From Calditrichia bacterium (lineage in GTDB: Bacteria; Calditrichota; Calditrichia; RBG-13-44-9), in assembly GCA_037381445.1 (NCBI GenBank), contig JARRQT010000094.1, positions 1 to 38,142 of the forward strand: 38,142 nucleotides of DNA, read 5' to 3'. Below are positions 1-8,947 of the stretch, piece after piece (positions within the stretch are counted from its first letter, which is position 1; each line of letters begins with the position of its first letter). A model generated the notes under the pieces. It saw only the letters and a program-made list of their open reading frames with translations. It was not told the origin of the DNA and made no database searches. Position numbers and translations under genes: made by a program.

Positions 1-2
1 AT

Positions 3-152
3 AAGTCAATCTCGGCGCAGGAAGTGCGAGACAAGGTTTTCAGAATCCTATCGGACGAATCTTTCGCCGTGAATGCTAAAAGACTGAGCGAAAGGATGCG
101 GTCTTACGGGGGCGCGCCCCAAGCAGCGAGCCTGATTGAGCGCCTTGTCTGA
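3..152 (+). CDS. 3' end of a GT1/MGT-type (UDP-)glycosyltransferase, cut by the window edge
   Basis: Manual frame-3 translation gives KSISAQEVRDKVFRILSDESFAVNAKRLSERMRSYGGAPQAASLIERLV*, matching the typical GT1 C-terminus (L.D.SF..NA..L.......GG...AA.LIE). Confidence 0.7.
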   Translation, partial: KSISAQEVRDKVFRILSDESFAVNAKRLSERMRSYGGAPQAASLIERLV

Positions 153-181
153 GCATCAATTGAAATAATGGGTAACCTTTG

Positions 182-610
182 TTTGTCCTATTAAATCAGG
201 CAAAGAACACGGCCAGTCCGTCAGACATTTATCATTCTTCAATGGCCCTTGAGCAACCCATATCGGTGATCCAGGTTGTGCCTTTCCCGGTAGCATCGGC
301 TCCTCCAATTATCCGCGCTTAATATATATTGAAGATTACAGCGGAACCATGCGGACCCTGGTTGCCGGTTTTGTAATACCCTTTCCGCGAATATTCTACG
401 GTTGACTGACAACTTCATTTCAACATCGCTTGGGCGATTAGCGGCTGGAAATGACGCACTTCCCTATCTGCCTGATTAAGCGGCCGCAAATTTAAAATAA
501 GGTACCACTGACCGATTCCAAGAGCCTGCCATCAATTTCTATGGTTTCATCAGTTTTACTCGATTGTGGCAAGGCTGAGGGGCCTTAAATACCGCGCTCT
601 ATCTTCAAAC
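182..610 (+). repeat. Long degenerate repeat, copy A (~230-nt upstream module plus hairpin core at 494-588)
   Basis: Aligns by eye with 2054-2447 through the blocks tttgtccta, atcattcttca, ttgagcaa, atatattgaagatt, gcggac, cctttccg-gaatat, ttgactga, aaaataaggt and tggcaaggctgag. Confidence 0.85.
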
Positions 611-764
611 CGTTGATAGCCGGACGATCCGGTGGTTATGCCATCAAATCCCGCATGGGCATGTTCAGTCAATGTCACAGGCCGTCCAACTGCAAGTGGT
701 CTCCGGGAGTTCAACTAATACAATAAAGAAATTACATTATATTTAGAAAAATATTAGTCATGTG

Positions 765-795
765 TATTGAATATTCAATATAAATTTATTATACT
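765..795 (+). promoter_or_regulatory. Sigma-70-type promoter with a palindromic operator overlapping the -35 box
   Basis: TTGAAT (767-772), 17 nt, TATACT (790-795). Perfect 16-bp palindrome TATTGAATATTCAATA at 765-780. Confidence 0.55.
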
Positions 796-1147
796 ACACA
801 CATTATCATATTATTTGCCAGCGGTACGGGAAATAGGCTCGCTCAATTCTGCCAGGAAATTCGATACAGGTTTTATTGATTTAATGCTAAGATCGGTGTA
901 ATAGCTATTCTTCTGCAAAAAGAATTCTTTTTCGGAGGTTTTCACATAATCGTGCAAAAAAAGAGGATATGCAGCGCAGGCATGGTGTCAGGCTGTCGGA
1001 ACTAAAGATAATATGCCTGGAAGAGCATATTGTGGACATTCACGAAAATATGCGGGTTGATGGAAACAAAACGGATGTATTAAAGAACATTTAAAATATA
1101 GCAGGAGGAGCTAATTTGCAGGTCAGCCCTAAGAAGGAGGTTTATAT

Positions 1148-2035
1148 ATGAACATTAAAAATGCCGGAACAACGATCATTGTCATCACAATTCTTCATTT
1201 GTATTTTGGTTTTTCAAAGGACATATTGTCCGTTCAAGCACGGAATCAACCTCAAGATTTTATTGATGCCATCATAGTGGTTGATTCGCTAACCATATCG
1301 ATTTTAGCAAACAATGATATTGTCGCTCAGCTGCATGCAGATTCAGGCGCCTATTTTTGCCCTGGAGTCAATTATGATAATTCTACAAAACTAATCTCGG
1401 CAATCCAATTTACTCCCCACAGTGAATTTTCCGATAGCTTCAAAAGCCTCGTTTGGGACCATTTATCAAATAAAAAATGGATTATTTTGGAAGGAACCAG
1501 CAATGATGGCGAAGGATATCATGCGCCGATCGCCCATAACTTTTCTCCGGCAAATAATACGGCCATAGTTCAACATTGGGGATATGAATGGTCCGGGATA
1601 ACCTATTTTAGAGATGGCATTCAGGATGGAATCCAAGCATTAGCTCATATGCAGGGCGTAGGATTTCTTGCAGAACTTCCTAACGAGCAAATCATAGTTT
1701 ATGCATATACTGACATCGGAGCCCCCATTCAGTATTTCATCTATTCGTGGAGAACAAAAGTGGCAAATGAGATTTCGCAGGAGCAATTATTGGAATATAA
1801 GCACTTAATATTATCTGAAACAGGATATAATGCGCTTTTCGAATTATCAAAGCCCAAAATAGAGGGAAGATACTTTAATAATATTTATTGGAATCCAGAT
1901 GGTAATGCATTTGTCTACACTACACTCTCCATAGAAACGCGAAAGAAGATATTACATCTTTTCAATTATGAAACGATGGAAGATTATATACTTGAAGAGA
2001 ACCATAATGGTTACATGGTAATTTGGCGAAAATAA
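1148..2035 (+). CDS. Hypothetical exported protein with a TolB/PD40-like C-terminal motif
   Basis: 295-aa ORF with strong RBS (aaggagg), hydrophobic N-terminus and YWNPDGNAFVY propeller-like motif. AT-rich relative to the core locus. Confidence 0.7.
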   Translation: MNIKNAGTTIIVITILHLYFGFSKDILSVQARNQPQDFIDAIIVVDSLTISILANNDIVAQLHADSGAYFCPGVNYDNSTKLISAIQFTPHSEFSDSFKSLVWDHLSNKKWIILEGTSNDGEGYHAPIAHNFSPANNTAIVQHWGYEWSGITYFRDGIQDGIQALAHMQGVGFLAELPNEQIIVYAYTDIGAPIQYFIYSWRTKVANEISQEQLLEYKHLILSETGYNALFELSKPKIEGRYFNNIYWNPDGNAFVYTTLSIETRKKILHLFNYETMEDYILEENHNGYMVIWRK

Positions 2036-2053
2036 GCCAAAGGCCGATAATCA

Positions 2054-2447
2054 TTTGTCCTAAATGGTAAGACAAAAAAGAGGCCCTGCCAGAAGAACAT
2101 TAATCATTCTTCAGTTAACGTTGAGCAATAAATACTATCGGCCTGACCGGCGATTTTTTCAAGCTCGCAAGCCTCTTCAATGATCCCAGCCAAACATATA
2201 TTGAAGATTGCAGCCGAACCAGGCGGACATTGGCTACCAGTTTTGTTAAAACCTTTCCGTGAATATCATGGATTGACTGATGATGCCCCCCCTCTCCCCT
2301 TGGGCCTTATGAAGCGGCTCAAAACCAAAATAAGGTGCCTCAGATCGATTTTAAACGCCTGCCCGAAAATCCGATATATTTAACTTCTTCGTTTCCAACC
2401 GATCCTGGCAAGGCTGAGCGGCACATATGGCGGCTTTCTCCAAACCG
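2054..2447 (+). repeat. Long degenerate repeat, copy B (hairpin core at 2326-2425)
   Basis: Direct repeat of 182-610. Starts about 18 nt after the stop of the 1148-2035 ORF. Confidence 0.85.
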
Positions 2448-2453
2448 CAAATG

Positions 2454-2545
2454 CAAAAGAAGCTAACTCAGATCGATGCCAAAAGCCTAATCAAATATCC
2501 GTCCATTTTATTGTTGCTTCAGTTCCAGCGATTTTGAGGAGGGAA
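2454..2545 (+). repeat. Degenerate tandem copy of the hairpin core
   Basis: caaaagaagctaactcagatcgatgccaaaagcct...cttcagttccagcgat resembles caaaataaggtgcctcagatcgattttaaacgcct...cttcgtttccaaccgat. Confidence 0.6.
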
Positions 2546-2979
2546 GCCGTTTCCAAAGGGCCTGAATCAATCCGGTCCGCAAAATTCCTGCGTCTTTCAT
2601 AATCTGCCAAGACAACGGTTTATCAGACATTACCAATAATCCAACCTAATCTGCGATCATACACTCAATCACACTTGGGCTTGGCATAGAACCATCATGT
2701 GCCCCCGGAAGCCTATCATTTTTCCTCACTTTGTCTGGCACGTCCTTTCCAATTTCTTTAAAATTAAACATCCAGGCACAATATCGGTGGCGTCGGCCCT
2801 CGCGCCCCGGAACGAAAAATGATATAATCAAACCATTTTATAGCCATTCGACGATCGATGAACTTAAAGTGAAAATTTTTGTTTTATATATCACCCGTTC
2901 GCGGAGATGGAACATATTGTTCATGAAGGTCTTGCATAATGTATTTATTTTTAATCCAATTTGAGGAGGTACTGGCGCA

Positions 2980-4371
2980 ATGCAAAAATTTGATACTATT
3001 ATTATCGGTGGCGGACCGGGAGGAACTCCCGCTGCAATTCAACTGGCTTCAAAAGGCCAAAAAGTACTATTGGTCGAAAAGTCGGGCAAACTTGGCGGCG
3101 CATGTTTGTTTGTTGGTTGTATTCCTTCAAAGATTATAAAACACTCGGCAGATCAATATGCGCAGCTTAAAACTACAGCCCTCCTCACTCAGGAAAAACT
3201 TGAAGATATGAGAGATCTCTGGGATGATATAAAGAAGAGAATGGATAGTATCCTCACCTTACGTTCCCAGGCAGCCAGGCAGCATATCGAACAATTATCC
3301 GGTTTAACTTTCAGTTCCGGCACCGGCAGGTTTATTTCAGATCGGGAAATGGAAATTGAAGAAGTGGGCGGGGCGAAAAATCGTTATGGTTTTAACAATG
3401 CAATCATCGCCACCGGATCGATTCCATTTATGCCTGAATTCCGCGGGGATGCAGTGCGGGAAGTCCTGAAGAGCGAAATGCTTTTTCAGGAAAGAGTCCT
3501 GCCCAAATCAATGGTCATCATTGGAGGCGGCCCAATTGGTATTGAATTGGCGCAAATGCTGACGAAACTTGATGTGAAATGCACAATTATTGAAATGATG
3601 GACGACCTTTTATCAGGCATCGTTGAACCGGAATTTGTGCAGGCGCTCACTCAAAAACTGGTCGCTTCCGGCATCGATGTTTTTACTTCATCAAAAGTGG
3701 TGGAAATAAATAAATCGGGCGGAAACTTCAATATAATAATCGTTGATAAATCCGGCATAAAAAAAGTTGTTTTGGCCGAACAGGTAATGGCTGCGGCGGG
3801 CAGGGTACCGAATATCGAGGCGCTTCACCTGGAAGCGGCTGGCATTGGGTTCAACCGGCATGGCATCTCTGTAAATGATTACCTTGAGACAACTGTGAAG
3901 GGGATTTACGCCACCGGCGATGTTATTGAAGGACCGAAATTTGCGCATACGGCAACCTATGAGGCTCATATCGCCGCAGCAAACATCCTGATGGGAAACA
4001 TCCATAAAAAAGAATTTGGCAAAAATTCTTGGGTACTCTTCTCCGATCCGGAAATTGCTTCCGCCGGGTATACCGAGGCAGAAGCAATAAGAAATGGTTT
4101 CGACGTTGTAACCGGCTCGTATGATTACAATATCGATGCAGCTGCACAGATTACCGGAGATCCCTGCGGATATCTTAAATTTGTAGTGAACAGGAAAAAC
4201 AGCGAATTCCTGGGTATCCATATCTTTACGAAGGGAGCTGCTTCAATCATCGGGGAGGCAGCCCTGATGGTGTCGAAAAAAATGACCCTGCAAGATGTGG
4301 CACAGGCAATCCATCCGCATCCGACATTAACCGAGGCCTTTGGTTTCCTGGCATCAAATATGGTTGGTTGA
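2980..4371 (+). CDS. Dihydrolipoyl dehydrogenase-family pyridine nucleotide-disulfide oxidoreductase
   Basis: GGGPGG FAD motif, redox CxxxxC (GGACLFVGCIPSK), GGGPIG NAD motif, C-terminal HPTLTEA, RBS gaggagg. Confidence 0.92.
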   Translation: MQKFDTIIIGGGPGGTPAAIQLASKGQKVLLVEKSGKLGGACLFVGCIPSKIIKHSADQYAQLKTTALLTQEKLEDMRDLWDDIKKRMDSILTLRSQAARQHIEQLSGLTFSSGTGRFISDREMEIEEVGGAKNRYGFNNAIIATGSIPFMPEFRGDAVREVLKSEMLFQERVLPKSMVIIGGGPIGIELAQMLTKLDVKCTIIEMMDDLLSGIVEPEFVQALTQKLVASGIDVFTSSKVVEINKSGGNFNIIIVDKSGIKKVVLAEQVMAAAGRVPNIEALHLEAAGIGFNRHGISVNDYLETTVKGIYATGDVIEGPKFAHTATYEAHIAAANILMGNIHKKEFGKNSWVLFSDPEIASAGYTEAEAIRNGFDVVTGSYDYNIDAAAQITGDPCGYLKFVVNRKNSEFLGIHIFTKGAASIIGEAALMVSKKMTLQDVAQAIHPHPTLTEAFGFLASNMVG

Positions 4372-4452
4372 ATCGATTTTGAAATAATTTTTAATGAAAT
4401 TTGTAGGAGAAAAGGAAGGGCAGGTTATGGCAACCTGCCCGCTTTGTCTTAC

Positions 4453-4755
4453 TCATTTTTTGGCGCAATCCATACAGACTTTGCTGTCGCCCTTGAGACG
4501 TCCGTATTCGGTCACGGTCATTTCCCCGCATTCCTCGCAGACAAAGCTGTTGAAGCTGTGGGCCGGGTCCCGGTGGTCGGTATCGAAAACATCCGAGCGG
4601 TTAATGATCATTTCTTCCGGTGCTGACATTACTTTCTCCCCCAAAGGATCGGCAACTCCCGCCGGCACCTGGGTGGGCGGCACGCCCTCTTCGCGGTAGT
4701 CCTTGAAAAATGCGGTATGTTTATTGGCCTGCATCGCTTCAGCTTTAGGTGTCAC
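4453..4755 (-). pseudogene. C-terminal fragment of an FmdE-family protein with a TraR/DksA-type Zn finger
   Basis: SFVCEECGEMTVTEYGRLKGDSKVCMDC (CxxC...CxxC) is typical of FmdE C-termini. The N-terminal FmdE domain (FHGH.CP) is absent. Confidence 0.65.
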
Positions 4756-4810
4756 CTGCTCCGCTTACCACTAATGCCTTCGGTGAACAAAACAAAAAGG
4801 ATTTATAAAA

Positions 4811-5182
4811 ATGGACAATAAGACTATTGCAGTCCTGGAAAATCAACTTAAAGCAGCGATGCTAAATTCTGACGCATCGGTTCTCGATGAGTTTTTAGCT
4901 GACAGGCTTATCTTTACCAATCATCTTGGTCAAGTCGTGTCAAAGGAGAATGATATCGAAGCTTATCGTTCAGGCACTGCCAAAATCAAGTCAATTAACC
5001 AGTCTGAACAGCGAATTAGGGTGGAGGGTGATACTGCAATTGTCTCGGTTCTTTCACCTATTTCCGGAGAATTCGGAGGTGCGCAATATACTGCAATTCT
5101 GCGTTTTACTCGCGTCTGGCAAAAAGGAGGAAACAACAAATGGCAGGTCATCGCCGCTCATTCATCATTAATGACGGGGTAA
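4811..5182 (+). CDS. NTF2-like / DUF4440 family protein
   Basis: Pattern LE..L..AM...D...LD..LAD.LIFTNH.G....K..D and C-terminal RFTRVWQK....WQVIAAHSS. Confidence 0.88.
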   Translation: MDNKTIAVLENQLKAAMLNSDASVLDEFLADRLIFTNHLGQVVSKENDIEAYRSGTAKIKSINQSEQRIRVEGDTAIVSVLSPISGEFGGAQYTAILRFTRVWQKGGNNKWQVIAAHSSLMTG

Positions 5183-5263
5183 ATCCTGCGGTCACTCATA
5201 TCTTTGTCCCCCAAAAGAGGATGTGCCAAGGCTGTGGTAGAAGTATGGGATATACTGCAAAAT

Positions 5264-5366
5264 CAAAATAATGTACACCACATCGATTTTAAGAGCCTGC
5301 CATCGAATTCAACCATTCTATGGTTTCATGGGTTTCATTCGATTGTGGCAAGGCTAAGAGCCTTAT
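5264..5366 (+). repeat. Hairpin-core repeat copy (closest to the copy at 494-588)
   Basis: caaaataatgtac..atcgattttaagagcctgccatc...ttctatggtttcat...cgattgtggcaaggctaagagcctta. Confidence 0.85.
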
Positions 5367-5607
5367 ACAGGCTTCTTGCGAAACATAGATATCAAATGCT
5401 TCCATTACCCGCAATAACCCGAATTGGCGACATACAATCCGATCTTCACCGTGGGCGAAGTTATGCCGGACAGGATAGAGTGAATACCGGATTTCCTGGA
5501 TTTGGTCAGGAACCCATGCAGGCAGTCCCTCACCTGAAACGACCATATTATATTGCCGCAGGTAGCACCTCCTAATTCATTCATCTGGCGTCATGAGCCG
5601 CAAAACC

Positions 5608-5697
5608 CAAATAAGGCCCCTTAGATTGGATCTAAAAATCCAACCCATTTGTGGTTTTGCCAATTCCATCGGATTCTGACGAGGCTGGAGAGCATTA
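5608..5697 (+). repeat. Degenerate hairpin-core repeat copy
   Basis: caaataaggccccttagat...ccat...gattctgacgaggctggagagcatta. Confidence 0.55.
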
Positions 5698-6074
5698 TGG
5701 ATTTTTAAATATTGCAAATGGCAATTACTCCCATCTGCCCGGCAATACAAATAAAGAATAACATAGTAACATGTCCGAGAACATTCACTGCTGAGGTCGA
5801 TGAGTTTCAACGGATGGCTTGATCAATATATATCTCTCAAATTATGATAAAAAATGATATATATGATTCTATGAAATATTAATTATTTTGTCCGAGCCGG
5901 AAATCGTCATTTTGAATTTTGAAGTAGCCTTATTTTCCATCCAAAACTCTCTGACTTTTTAAGAGATAGCTAAAGTAATCTCCTCTTGCCTCTTACCTTT
6001 TTTAATTATAGCTTAATCTTTAGCGCAGTTGCCAAAATGCGAATCAGAATCTTATAGCAAGCCGGAGATTTGTT

Positions 6075-7436
6075 ATGAAAGATTCAGGTAGCCATTCTCA
6101 GCACTCAAAATTGAATTCCGGTTCATTTGCAGCACGTTATAATCTTGCTATCGTGATGTTCATGGTGGCAATTTTTCTTTCCCTCATTTTCTATCTTCTT
6201 CCTTTCAGCATTACCGGTTCAAAACGGGAAATCAGAAAAATTTATTTTGCTGACAACATCACACCGGCCCATAAGGAGATAATCGAGCATTTCAATCAAA
6301 AATATCGCGGAAAGATAGAAGTGGTGGCGGTCGATCTTCCCTTCAGCAAATTCACTACCAATGAACGGAAGGAATTGATCGCCCGTGCGCTGCGGAACAG
6401 CAACAGCCGGATTGACATTTTTACCGTTGATCAGATCTGGGTACCGCGCTTCGCAAAATGGGCAGAACCCCTTTCCCGCTATTTTGCTCGACGGGAGATT
6501 GGGCGTATCCTTCCTGCAGCTTTGTCCACCTGCTACCAGGAAGATATTCTTGTGGGAGTCCCGCTGCACATCGATATTGGCGTTCTCTATTATCGGAAAG
6601 ACCTTCTTCAAAATCTGCCAAATCCGGCAGCGCTGGAGCGCCGGTTAAAATCTTCCATGACCTGGGACGATTTTATCGGGCTTAAAAAATCAGCGCCTTC
6701 CGATTATCCGTTTTATGTATTTCAGGCCGAGAATTATGAAGGGCTGACTCTGCACTTAATGGAAGTGTGCGGTGAATCCCTTTCCGATTTTATTAGCGGG
6801 AATAAAATTCATTTGAACAATCCCAGCCTGATTCGAGCCTGCCAGCTGCTGGTGAATCTGGTGAATGAGGCATCCTGCTCGCCGGCTGGAGTTCTTGGTT
6901 TCAATGAAAGTGCAAGCTATTCCTATGCGCTGGCCCAAGACGCTCTGTTTTTGCGCGGATGGCCGGGATTACTGCGCGAGGCCGCAGATTATCCTTATGG
7001 AAAAGAAAAGGCGGACTTGCTGGGGATCGCCGCGCTTCCTCACCTCACAGGGAGAGAACCTGCATCTGCATTCGGCGGATGGAACCTGATGGTCTCCCGA
7101 CATTCCCACAATAAAGAGGAAGCTGTTTTATTCCTCAAATATGTTCTCTCCGATGAAGCACAAAAAACTTTGTACGAAACCGCCGGATTTCTTCCCATTC
7201 TGAAGAGTATCTATGCCGACTCCTCATATATAGCAGCCCATTCCCATCTTTCCGATTTCGGGAGCCTGTTGGAAAGAGGCATTTTTCGTCCTGCACATCC
7301 GGAATACACCAAAATATCCAATGTGCTTTCATATTATATTCACAGGGCCCTGGAAAGGCAGATTTCGCCAGAAGAAGCACTCTCCCTCTCCGAAAAAGAA
7401 ATAAACGGCAAAATACTGGCTGGTCATTCAGATTAA
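6075..7436 (+). CDS. Membrane-anchored extracellular sugar-binding protein (SBP family 1), probably sensory
   Basis: N-terminal TM helix and SBP motifs (IDIFTVDQIWVPRFA, LYYRKDLL, GGWNLMVS, RPAHPEY). Directly upstream of the kinase, with no ABC permease or ATPase nearby. Confidence 0.88.
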   Translation: MKDSGSHSQHSKLNSGSFAARYNLAIVMFMVAIFLSLIFYLLPFSITGSKREIRKIYFADNITPAHKEIIEHFNQKYRGKIEVVAVDLPFSKFTTNERKELIARALRNSNSRIDIFTVDQIWVPRFAKWAEPLSRYFARREIGRILPAALSTCYQEDILVGVPLHIDIGVLYYRKDLLQNLPNPAALERRLKSSMTWDDFIGLKKSAPSDYPFYVFQAENYEGLTLHLMEVCGESLSDFISGNKIHLNNPSLIRACQLLVNLVNEASCSPAGVLGFNESASYSYALAQDALFLRGWPGLLREAADYPYGKEKADLLGIAALPHLTGREPASAFGGWNLMVSRHSHNKEEAVLFLKYVLSDEAQKTLYETAGFLPILKSIYADSSYIAAHSHLSDFGSLLERGIFRPAHPEYTKISNVLSYYIHRALERQISPEEALSLSEKEINGKILAGHSD

Positions 7437-7459
7437 AAAGAGCAATAGGATGAATTTCC

Positions 7460-8947
7460 ATGAGACATTTTTTTGAAAAAATGAAAAATTACCGGTTCCA
7501 GATTCAGCATCTTATTATCCTGTTCGCTATTCTGTTATTATTTCAAACGCTTTTGTCATATATCAACACAGCTTCCACTGATAACCTGCTGAGCAAAACG
7601 ATGGAGCTGTATCGCAAGGATTCAGCAGAAAACTTCGCCGATCTGACCGCCACCTCGCTCGAGCTCTTATTGGAGCATGAGCTCAGTGTTACCCGCACCG
7701 CAGAAAGCCATAAGGTAGCAGTCAGGGAATTCAATATCATCCTGAGTCAGCAATCGCTCCGGCAAAATGTGAGCAATCTGTGCGTTATTGTTAATTCGGG
7801 CGATCGTATTTTTACTATTGATGACGGCAATGAACTTTATGATTTTTTCCTTAACAAGGAAACACCTGTCGATGCGATGGATACCCGCTATGCCGGAGCA
7901 GTCAGGTATTATGTCAGCAGCAAAAATGAACTCTTTAAGAACGAGCAAATAACCAGCTTTATGGATGAATCCCGGACTTTCAACGTGCTGGTTCCGTTTG
8001 GACCCATGGGCGAAATTGCGGGGGCGGTTTATATGAAAATATCACCGGATTTCACCAATATCGCCAACGAGATCAGTTCGGTCTCCGGTGAAACCGGTGC
8101 GATTTTCTCTGCGCTGATACTGCTGGCATTATTGGCAAATTTTTACATGGGTTCTTATATGATCAAAGAACGGGATATGGCGCAGTCCGAACTTTTTGAT
8201 GAAAGACAGTTGCAGATAAAGCAGCAGGTCGAACATGAAAAGGAATCGCTGTTCACTAAACGTATTTATCACGCCCATCATAAAGCCGAAAAAATTATGG
8301 GATTCATCAAAACGGATGTGCGGTCGCTTACTCCGCAGAATATCGATTCTCTCAGGAACAAGATTATCAAGTATGCGAATTTCGTGTCCCGGGTAATTTA
8401 TGATATGAAAACATATGAGCCGCCGCTGAATGTTGTCCGCGACCCTGTCTTTCAAACCAATATAAATGAAGTAATCCGCTTCATCGTTGGCAATATTTTT
8501 AACCGGAATTACCAGCGGAGCTCGGGCACGCATTTTAATCTGGCGCTGGATAACAATCTTCCGCCTGTCCCGGTCAATGAATATGTGGTGTGGGAGATAA
8601 TTGAGCCGCTCATCCAAAACAGCCTGGATCATAATGCAGATCTGGACATCACCGTAACCATCCGGACATTATTTGACTCACGACGAAAGCAGCTTCAGAT
8701 CATGATATCAGATGACGGCCGCGGAATAGATGCTTCACTGCTGGAATTTGATGAAGACGGGATCAGACATATTTTTCATGAAAATACTACTACAAAGAAG
8801 TCCGGTCAAAATGCCGGGTATGGCTGTTACCTTGCCTTCGAAATCAGCCGGAAATGGTGCAGGTGGTCGCTGGATGCGGCGAATGGAAATGCAGGCGGCG
8901 CGCAGTTTACCATTACCATACCGCAAGGAGAGAGCAAAGAATTATGA
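7460..8947 (+). CDS. Two-TM sensor histidine kinase with an atypical H box
   Basis: Two TM segments around a periplasmic domain. HATPase N box (PLIQNSLDH), G1 (DDGRGID) and G2 (GYG). His-rich IYHAHHKAE region. Confidence 0.85.
   Translation: MRHFFEKMKNYRFQIQHLIILFAILLLFQTLLSYINTASTDNLLSKTMELYRKDSAENFADLTATSLELLLEHELSVTRTAESHKVAVREFNIILSQQSLRQNVSNLCVIVNSGDRIFTIDDGNELYDFFLNKETPVDAMDTRYAGAVRYYVSSKNELFKNEQITSFMDESRTFNVLVPFGPMGEIAGAVYMKISPDFTNIANEISSVSGETGAIFSALILLALLANFYMGSYMIKERDMAQSELFDERQLQIKQQVEHEKESLFTKRIYHAHHKAEKIMGFIKTDVRSLTPQNIDSLRNKIIKYANFVSRVIYDMKTYEPPLNVVRDPVFQTNINEVIRFIVGNIFNRNYQRSSGTHFNLALDNNLPPVPVNEYVVWEIIEPLIQNSLDHNADLDITVTIRTLFDSRRKQLQIMISDDGRGIDASLLEFDEDGIRHIFHENTTTKKSGQNAGYGCYLAFEISRKWCRWSLDAANGNAGGAQFTITIPQGESKEL

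Noticed and set aside
2180..2383. 67-aa ORF, and the ORFs at 5204-5575, 5289-5546, 35007-35213 and 37555-37761
   Set aside because: They lie on the repeat elements, and the frames are not kept open between copies.
2980..4371. Mercuric reductase MerA
   Set aside because: Lacks the C-terminal Cys-Cys pair and the N-terminal HMA domain. It ends with an HPTLTEA motif like lipoamide dehydrogenase.
494..5697. Canonical integron attC sites
   Set aside because: No consistent RYYYAAC...GTTRRRY ends and no intI in the window. Only the layout is analogous.
6075..7436. ABC sugar transporter operon
   Set aside because: No permease or ATPase genes are adjacent.
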